Origin: Candidatus Anstonellales archaeon | GTDB taxonomy: Archaea; Micrarchaeota; Micrarchaeia; Anstonellales; J096 | DNA: 14,004 nt | Assembly (NCBI GenBank): GCA_038740615.1 | Contig: JAVYLQ010000013.1 | Span: 1 to 14,004, forward strand | Direction: 5' to 3' | Position numbers and translations under genes: made by a program | The notes under the pieces: model-generated | The model's input: the letters and a program-made list of their open reading frames with translations, nothing else | The model's database searches: none | Told to the model about the DNA's origin: nothing | Part shown: positions 7,696 through 14,004 of the stretch, one piece after another | Layout: every line of letters starts with the position of its first letter | Numbering within the stretch: the stretch's first letter is position 1

Positions 7696-8072
7696 ACCTA
7701 TATGACAAATCAAATAGCATTCTAGTAGTGGGTGTTTCTAGGGATAATACTAAATACGGCAGTAAAATATTCCAAACCCTAATGCTAGAAGGGTATAATG
7801 TGTATGGATTTGGAAGAGAAAAAGTGCATGAGAGAGTCTATACCTCTCTACAAGAGTTACCTGATTATTACGATCTTGTTATTATTGTAATACCTCCTTC
7901 AACTCAGAAGAATATAATAGAATGGATAGCTAAGAGCAAAGTAAAAACCGTATGGTTTCAACCTGGAAGTGAATCACCAGAACATATAGAATATTTAGAA
8001 CAGCATGGGAAGAGAGTTATCAGAAATATGTGTTACATAAAAGACGGATTGAGAATCTCTTTCAGACTCTAA
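7680..8072 (+). CDS. CoA-binding protein (YccU-like Rossmann fold)
   Basis: ILVVGVSRDNTKYG, VYTSLQELP, DLVIIVIPP, VWFQPGSES and a terminal RNMCY match the CoA_binding_2 family. Confidence 0.9.
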   Translation: MEEDLNLYDKSNSILVVGVSRDNTKYGSKIFQTLMLEGYNVYGFGREKVHERVYTSLQELPDYYDLVIIVIPPSTQKNIIEWIAKSKVKTVWFQPGSESPEHIEYLEQHGKRVIRNMCYIKDGLRISFRL

Positions 8073-8080
8073 AATATACA

Positions 8081-8722
8081 ATGCGTTACGTTAAACCTCT
8101 AAGAATACCTATATATCAGATACCCAGCAAGAGATACATAAAAGAAGATCAGGCAGACGAGTTTTTCCAGAATAGATTAGTAGTTGAGGAGAAAATGGAT
8201 GGCACTATGAAACATATAAAGATAGATAAGTTTATATTACATGTTGAGGATTTGCTTCACAGGAAAACGATTCCATATAGAGTCCCTGCCAGATATGCTC
8301 TATTCGATATCTATGATACTGAAGAGAATCTGATATTAGGCAGGGATGATAGAATTACTGTGTTTAAAGATCTGATTAAAAAAGATCCAGCTTTAAAATA
8401 TAAGATCTTCCATGTACCTGAACTAGAGAGAGGAGTATTCAATTGGAGAGAAGATCCTATAAGAATAGCGGATTCACCATCTAGATTTGCAGATCAGAAG
8501 ATGCAGATTAGGAAAATGGAAGGGGTTGTATTCAAGCTAGAACAAACTATTAAGATCACAGAGGAGATTGTTAAATATTTGAAAATAATAAATGCAAAAT
8601 TTGTAAATGATGAGTTCTATAGGAATATGCAACCTCAAAAAATTAAAGGATGTAATGTAATTGATCCCAGTGTTCTGGTGATACTGGAAAATCAATTGCA
8701 TATGACTAAAGAGATATTATAG
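8081..8722 (+). CDS. RNA ligase family nucleotidyltransferase (ATP-dependent ligase adenylation domain), compact
   Basis: Motif I VVEEKMDG, motif III ILHVED, motif IIIa ALFDIYD, VPELERG, motif IV MEGVVFK and motif V AKFVNDEF. The likely start is ATG 8081, just after the upstream stop; the track start of 8030 overlaps the previous gene. Confidence 0.75.
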   Translation: MRYVKPLRIPIYQIPSKRYIKEDQADEFFQNRLVVEEKMDGTMKHIKIDKFILHVEDLLHRKTIPYRVPARYALFDIYDTEENLILGRDDRITVFKDLIKKDPALKYKIFHVPELERGVFNWREDPIRIADSPSRFADQKMQIRKMEGVVFKLEQTIKITEEIVKYLKIINAKFVNDEFYRNMQPQKIKGCNVIDPSVLVILENQLHMTKEIL

Positions 8723-9117
8723 AGTTGCTGTCCTGATCGATTCATAATATATCTTTGAAAAGATATTTTTCTAGTTGAATCAGGTGGACACGAACCTATT
8801 GTACTGGTAGAAACACCTGTAGAAGGAACTATGCTAATTGTTAAATTCAATCTATATCTCCTCTCAAGTATTCCGATTTTACTCGAAATAGCAGCTATAT
8901 CATCTGTTCTCAAGTATCCCTGTTGATCTAAAATACCGACAATCGGATCTGATGAGAATAGCAGTCTAGATACTTCATGAGCTCTCATTAGGAATAATTG
9001 CTGTTCTCTTACAGGACTGATATCACTAGAGGATAATATAAAATATATAAATCCAACTATCATAACAATACCAAATATAGAAAGAATAAGATCCATACTC
9101 AGTATTTGTCCTCTCAT
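8692..9117 (-). CDS. Class III signal peptide (type IV pilin-like) protein, minor pilin type
   Basis: MRG/QILSMDLILSIFGIVMIVGFIYFIL N-terminus. A GAGGTGA RBS upstream supports ATG 9117 rather than 9135. Confidence 0.8.
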   Translation of the reverse strand: MRGQILSMDLILSIFGIVMIVGFIYFILSSSDISPVREQQLFLMRAHEVSRLLFSSDPIVGILDQQGYLRTDDIAAISSKIGILERRYRLNLTISIVPSTGVSTSTIGSCPPDSTRKISFQRYIMNRSGQQLYNISLVICN

Positions 9118-9121
9118 TATC

Positions 9122-9556
9122 TCACCTCTCTTCAATCATAGTCTCATTATTATAGGTAATTCTAATTATATATTTCTTCCCAGAACTGAAATTGAAGTTC
9201 TTTTGAGCGAATACGTATTCAGTCTGTACGTTAAAAGAATATGTATAATTAGATCTATTTAGATTCAAATATATCTTAGCCGATGTATGATCAGTATTAT
9301 CTCTGATGAGGTTTATTTGGTAAGAATCAAAATTTATAATACTAGGTAGATCCAATTCTACATATCCCCCAGGCCCTAATCTACTAGCAGATACGAATAC
9401 ACTCCTAATATATTGTTCCAATAGATATAGATTGTATCGATTGTTCTCTTGAACTTGAATCTGGTAATAGCTAAACAATCCATATATAACTATGGAGATG
9501 AATATCAGTAAGATAATATAGTAATACATGTATTCTATAGAGGCTTGTGCCCTCAT
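9122..9556 (-). CDS. Class III signal peptide pilin-like protein (QxSxE motif)
   Basis: MRA/QASIEYMYYYIILLIFISIVIYGL, with +5 Glu and a hydrophobic helix. AGGTGA RBS. Confidence 0.85.
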   Translation of the reverse strand: MRAQASIEYMYYYIILLIFISIVIYGLFSYYQIQVQENNRYNLYLLEQYIRSVFVSASRLGPGGYVELDLPSIINFDSYQINLIRDNTDHTSAKIYLNLNRSNYTYSFNVQTEYVFAQKNFNFSSGKKYIIRITYNNETMIEER

Positions 9557-9936
9557 TCAACTATCACCTGCAATTCATAATTTATACATGTAATATTAAA
9601 ATTCAGCTTGCTAGAATTTATTATTCGGTTTCCAGTTAGGAATCTGACTCCATTAAAATATACCTGTCCTATATCACTAGAGATGTAATTTGAATTATGT
9701 TCTATAGAAATAGGAACTGCAAAGCTATAGTTAAAATTATATTTGTAATTACTGCAGCTATGTAGTGCTAATCTCTTATGTTCATAAATCTTCTGATAGA
9801 ATTGATATATAGACGCTGATGCTGTTTCAGGGTCAATATCGCTTTTAAATACTAGAAACGATCCAAACATTCCTATAGAAACAATTGCCATGATTCCAAT
9901 TAGCAATAGTAATTCTACACTCACCTGTGCTCTCAA
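9553..9936 (-). CDS. Class III signal peptide pilin-like protein (QxSxE motif), TTG start
   Basis: MRA/QVSVELLLLIGIMAIVSIGMFG. GGTGA RBS. Two Cys in the globular part. Confidence 0.85.
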   Translation of the reverse strand: MRAQVSVELLLLIGIMAIVSIGMFGSFLVFKSDIDPETASASIYQFYQKIYEHKRLALHSCSNYKYNFNYSFAVPISIEHNSNYISSDIGQVYFNGVRFLTGNRIINSSKLNFNITCINYELQVIVE

Positions 9937-11412
9937 TTATCTCACCCTAGTAGTTAGTATTTCAGAGATTCCTAAAACACTTGCCAATCCGGTAGAGATT
10001 TTTGTAGCATTGGTTTGATCACATCTCATTTTACAACCTGCTAAACCACGAATCATATTATACGTAGCAATTCCATTATATCGCTCTGTCAGCATCGATG
10101 ATACTCCTGGTCTTAGAAAATCATCCTCTATCAACAACACATCTATCCCATATGGTGATTTTAACATAGCTGCATTCTCATAAAATCTCTGGATATATGA
10201 AGGGGCATTGTTAGGTAGCTTAAAGTAATACCCACAATTCACAAAATCTCGAAGATCCTCAATCCTATATAATTTAATAGGCCCAGCGTATTTATCTTCA
10301 GTTCCTTCAGGATTATTCGTTAGAAGTAGGATGGTCTTATTGTTATAATCATTATCATCTAAGTATACACTAGATCTAGATACAGCTATCCAATTCTTAG
10401 ATGTGGGATATCTGCTTGGTTTTCTCTCACATATATACCCAATGATAATAGGATTTCCATTCTCATCATAATCATATATAGGTATCTCTTCGTGAACGAT
10501 ATCATTAAATATATCTAATTCAGTATCATCTCCATTTGGTAATCTCCCTCCAGGAGGATCTGAATAGATACAGTTCTTAGTGGTTCTGTATGTGAAATCT
10601 GTTATAATAATCCCATCTATCATTGGGTGATCTTTGAACTGTGATACATATGCCCATCTTCCAATTATGATATTTGGTTCATTGTGATCACTGATCTGAT
10701 TTATATCAGTATAAACTCTACCATATACCCAACCTTGTCCCATAACTCCAGATTCTGATTGAACACTTGGATTATCCTTTACATATATAGCTGGGTAGTT
10801 CCCTCTCAGATCCACATTCAAGATATTAGCATATCTTAAGAATAGGGGGTCAGGCATACCATTTATCTCAAAATCCACATCTGTTCTGGATATGTTCAAA
10901 ATCTTACCAGTTTTATTGTAAATATCATTTATCTCAATTAATATTGTATAGCTGTATCTTAGCTTATTATAATCAGTCTGATCTATGGAGAAGTCGATGG
11001 CACTGTATTTTATGTTAATCCCCCTGATCTCAGCCTCTTTCTTTAGAGCTTCCAGAGTTGCAATAATATTAACAGGAGAAACCAATCCTGCACTAGGATT
11101 GAAAGATGTGGAGCTCACAGTTCCATTCACTACTAAATCATACATAACATTACTAAAATCAATATTACTTCTTATAGGGTGTTTGATAGTGTGATTGGTG
11201 AGTAATAATAGATTGTATTGAACAGAGATTCTGAATAGTTTATCTATAAATTCCTCATTAAGTGATTCTATAGTAAACACCATAGCTTCAGATCTGAATA
11301 GTTCACTATAGAATTCCCCAGATGTTCTATTCATCTCAGCGTTTATGTATATCAATACTACTACAAATACTAGTATCAGAAATGCCAGCATTGTGTAAAT
11401 ATACCCTCTCAT
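9937..11412 (-). CDS. Large pilin-like/adhesin protein with class III-type signal peptide
   Basis: MRG/YIYTMLAFLILVFVVVLIYI, followed by a long extracellular-type domain with 5 Cys, several N-x-S/T sequons and CGYYF...APSYIQRF...SPYGI. GGTGA RBS. Confidence 0.75.
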   Translation of the reverse strand: MRGYIYTMLAFLILVFVVVLIYINAEMNRTSGEFYSELFRSEAMVFTIESLNEEFIDKLFRISVQYNLLLLTNHTIKHPIRSNIDFSNVMYDLVVNGTVSSTSFNPSAGLVSPVNIIATLEALKKEAEIRGINIKYSAIDFSIDQTDYNKLRYSYTILIEINDIYNKTGKILNISRTDVDFEINGMPDPLFLRYANILNVDLRGNYPAIYVKDNPSVQSESGVMGQGWVYGRVYTDINQISDHNEPNIIIGRWAYVSQFKDHPMIDGIIITDFTYRTTKNCIYSDPPGGRLPNGDDTELDIFNDIVHEEIPIYDYDENGNPIIIGYICERKPSRYPTSKNWIAVSRSSVYLDDNDYNNKTILLLTNNPEGTEDKYAGPIKLYRIEDLRDFVNCGYYFKLPNNAPSYIQRFYENAAMLKSPYGIDVLLIEDDFLRPGVSSMLTERYNGIATYNMIRGLAGCKMRCDQTNATKISTGLASVLGISEILTTRVR

Positions 11413-11879
11413 CGACTGATCACCACTCTTAAATAACCAATATCCATATAATCCTTGTAATTATTTAATAGATCATCCAGACTAGTATCAGAGTATACAG
11501 AACATCTATAAATAGGATTACCATCTCTATCTCTGTTCTGGCAGGTCTTGTAAAAATATGGAGATTCTTCAGATACCATTTCCTTTCTCTGCTCAGCTAT
11601 AGGAATAGATATGGAAATAGCTACATCTCCCAAATTTCCTCTACTACATTTCTGATCACTATTCAAATATATCCTATAAGAATATATACTTGGAATCATG
11701 TTGTCAGGACATGTACCTGTTTGAGAATATAATCTAGCGATATCTTTAGCTAGATCGTGCATAACAAGTAGATCATTTGAGTATGAATCTGATGTGAAAT
11801 TTGAGAAGACCAATATGGCTATCAGAGCTATCATTATAGCAGCTATAGCTAGATCATATGTGAATATAGCACCAATCAT
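11409..11879 (-). CDS. Pilin-like protein (G/xIFTxD-type N-terminus), first gene of the operon
   Basis: MIG/AIFTYDLAIAAIMIALIAILVF, 4 Cys, and a C-terminal beta strand (YLRVVISR). Stop overlaps the next start (ATGA). Confidence 0.75.
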   Translation of the reverse strand: MIGAIFTYDLAIAAIMIALIAILVFSNFTSDSYSNDLLVMHDLAKDIARLYSQTGTCPDNMIPSIYSYRIYLNSDQKCSRGNLGDVAISISIPIAEQRKEMVSEESPYFYKTCQNRDRDGNPIYRCSVYSDTSLDDLLNNYKDYMDIGYLRVVISR

Positions 11880-11977
11880 TGTTTCTATTAATAGGCATTA
11901 GATTATTTAAAATTATCTATTTCTCTAACACTTATTATAACATTAAGCTTTTTAAACTGTTTTGATAAATTAATACC
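11880..11977. promoter_or_regulatory. Divergent promoter region with two TATA-like boxes
   Basis: TTTAAA at 11906-11911 lies about 27-32 nt before ATG 11879 (-). TTTTTAAA at 11949-11956 lies about 22-29 nt before ATG 11978 (+). The spacing fits leaderless mRNAs. Confidence 0.55.
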
Positions 11978-14004
11978 ATGGCAGTACAAACCATTTCCAC
12001 AGGAGAAGTAGGATTTGTGAGTATAGATGGTAATAGAACAGAACATGAGTTTGATATATCATCTGGGAAAATTATAGTAGGGTTAACAGGAGGTAGAGGT
12101 AATAATCCTCTTCTTGATCGTCTGGTTAATGGAAAATCAGGAGAGAGACTAAATGTTAATGCTGATAATTTCCAACAGGTTCTAGAGAGAGAGTTAAAGA
12201 ATTTAGGAATAAATCTTAATCAATCTGAGCTTACGAATCTATCTCTAGCGCTCAGAGCTGTAGCTGATCGTTATGGAGTTCCATTAGGGAGAGTACTAGC
12301 TAATTTCGTAGGTATAATAGAACAGAGTAGACATGAATTTAGTAAAGAACTTAACTCATTAACCTTAGGTGTATTTGGTAATCTACAAACGTTTATAGCT
12401 GGAAATGGACAGGTGAATTTGTTTGGTACAAATCTACAAATAAGACAGGACAATAGCGGATATTACTATATGGATCAGAATGGTACTAAAAGATATATAA
12501 CCACTGAAGGAATAATAGTGTATCGAAATAGGAATGGAAGGTTGGTTATGGAAGAGGTTAAAGATAAGAGTGGGTTGGGTAGTAGATATGCCAAACTCAA
12601 AGCTGAGGGAATAGATGAAATTTACTATATATATTCAGGGGATCTTGTAAGAGAAAGTGTTAGAAGAACTGGTGTTAGAGTTGAAAGATTAAGTAGTAAT
12701 CCAGAAGGTGGAACGGTATATCATGGTAGGATATTAGTTCAGGTTGTTGATGTGAAGGATCGTGATGGAAAAATTCAAACTATCGAACTACTAACAGTAA
12801 GGACTACAGATGGTTATAAAACTTGGTATAGAATTAGAGATCCATCTGATCATTTGGATAGGTTTAGTCCTGGTTGGATGGATTTGGAAGAATCTCTGAA
12901 GAATCCAAATTCAATAATAAATACTGCTAGAGATTTTTCTGGAAATCCTATAAACAGATGGTTAAGGCAATATAACCCAGGTGTTTGGGGGCTTGATATG
13001 GGAAAGATATTTGCATTAGAAGCAAGAAGTAATAGGCTTGAATTACCATACACTTTAGCATTATTTGCAGATTTTTTCCCACTTTCTTCTAATATCAGCA
13101 GACAGACAACACCTAGACAGCAACCAGAACCAAAAGAACGTATGGAATATAATCTAACAGTTCAACATCCTGAATGGGTATTCAGAAATCAACCTATTCG
13201 AGTATATGTTGAAGGGAATGCTGTGGAGGATGCATCACATTTAAGAATAACAGTGGGTAGAAATGTATTTGAGATACCTAAGGAAAGATTAAAGAAAGAT
13301 GAAAATGGTAATTATTACTTTGAGGTGACATTAGATCAATCTGGACCAGTCCTGTTAAGAGTTGATGCATACAGAGAAAATAGAATGTTGTCAAGTTACT
13401 CTGGTAGGATTAATGTGTTAGATGATCAGACTAGAGCTAATGCAACCTCATCAGTGAGAGTTGAAGAGGGTAGGAGTGGTAGGGTAGATGTAAATGCAGA
13501 GTACAGATTATATAGTACTGGATCTGTAAACTTAGGTCAAAATCTAGGGGTATATGGTGTTGCTGAAGGGAAAGATGGTAGATTTTATCTTATTCTACCA
13601 CCAGGTACTAAGGTAAACGGAGAAGAACCTAAAACCAGAGTTATGAGCTTTGAATCCAGAGAGGAATTGGAGAAGTATCTACATGAAAATGTAATACAAA
13701 CTGAGTTTAGGCAGAATGGAAATAATCTATATTATAGAGGAACTGTAGAGATCCCTTCTGACTTGGCAAGAAATATCGGTAGGATACAATGGTTTGTAAA
13801 TGGAACTGTGAATGTTAATGGTATAAATCGAGAAGTTAGTAGTTCTGCAGATACTAATGTAGTATTTATACCAAGGCCTCAGGAAGCACCTAAACCTCGG
13901 GTACAAGAGCAGCAACCAGAACCAAAAAAACGTATAGAATATAATCTAACAGTTCAACATCCTGAATGGGTATTCAGAAATCAATCTATTCGAGTATATG
14001 TTGA
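11978..14004 (+). CDS. Large repeat-containing beta-rich protein (at least 675 aa, 3' end outside the window), probable surface/Ig-like domains
   Basis: Manual translation from ATG 11978 (MAVQTISTGEVGFVSIDGNRTEHEFDISSGKIIVG...) shows no stop to the window end, which explains its absence from the ORF track. It contains Pro/Gln/Glu linkers and a repeated QQPEPKxRxEYNLTVQHPEWVFRNQxIRVYV segment. Confidence 0.85.
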   Translation, partial: MAVQTISTGEVGFVSIDGNRTEHEFDISSGKIIVGLTGGRGNNPLLDRLVNGKSGERLNVNADNFQQVLERELKNLGINLNQSELTNLSLALRAVADRYGVPLGRVLANFVGIIEQSRHEFSKELNSLTLGVFGNLQTFIAGNGQVNLFGTNLQIRQDNSGYYYMDQNGTKRYITTEGIIVYRNRNGRLVMEEVKDKSGLGSRYAKLKAEGIDEIYYIYSGDLVRESVRRTGVRVERLSSNPEGGTVYHGRILVQVVDVKDRDGKIQTIELLTVRTTDGYKTWYRIRDPSDHLDRFSPGWMDLEESLKNPNSIINTARDFSGNPINRWLRQYNPGVWGLDMGKIFALEARSNRLELPYTLALFADFFPLSSNISRQTTPRQQPEPKERMEYNLTVQHPEWVFRNQPIRVYVEGNAVEDASHLRITVGRNVFEIPKERLKKDENGNYYFEVTLDQSGPVLLRVDAYRENRMLSSYSGRINVLDDQTRANATSSVRVEEGRSGRVDVNAEYRLYSTGSVNLGQNLGVYGVAEGKDGRFYLILPPGTKVNGEEPKTRVMSFESREELEKYLHENVIQTEFRQNGNNLYYRGTVEIPSDLARNIGRIQWFVNGTVNVNGINREVSSSADTNVVFIPRPQEAPKPRVQEQQPEPKKRIEYNLTVQHPEWVFRNQSIRVYV
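13118..14004 (+). repeat. Intragenic direct repeat, period 792 nt (264 codons); copies at 13118-13212 and 13910-14004 (second copy truncated by the window)
   Basis: The visible 95 nt match at 92 positions (cagcaaccagaaccaaaa...cgagtatatgttga) and are in frame. Confidence 0.93.

Noticed and set aside
7335..13915. Shadow ORFs 7335-7583(-), 7516-7713(-), 10985-11194(+), 12271-12453(-), 12850-13053(-) and 13727-13915(-)
   Set aside because: They are short and antisense to longer genes. The last three lie opposite the large ORF starting at 11978.
13118..14004. The direct repeat as a CRISPR array, diversity-generating retroelement TR/VR pair or attachment site
   Set aside because: Both copies are in frame within one ORF at a 792-nt period with no spacer pattern. 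One of the three differences is C/T, so they are not adenine-specific, and no reverse transcriptase or integrase is in the window.

Overview
AT-rich archaeal chromosomal DNA with GGTGA-type ribosome-binding sites and TTTAAA-type TATA boxes. The compact gene packing and divergent housekeeping genes suggest a DPANN-like, probably thermophilic, lineage (inference). From left to right the window holds tRNA-Val(TAC), the DNA polymerase D small subunit (DP1) and a UPF0147 gene on the minus strand. A long plus-strand run follows: HEAT-like protein, Dim2/Pno1 KH protein, two hypotheticals, COG1709-type HTH regulator, Sm protein, endonuclease III, an SRP (7S) RNA, an Ap4A-type Nudix hydrolase, a HEAT plus OB-fold fusion, a CoA-binding protein and a compact RNA-ligase-family protein. 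Next is a five-gene minus-strand operon of class III signal-peptide (type IV pilin-like) proteins. Divergent from it is a large ORF missing from the ORF track (11978 to beyond the window end) with a 792-nt internal repeat period. The most unusual observations are an SRP RNA with no helix 6 and a shortened helix 8 that appears to run directly into the Nudix-to-ligase genes, a ligase lacking the motif Ia segment, and the repeat protein lacking a signal peptide that sits head-to-head with the pilin operon.
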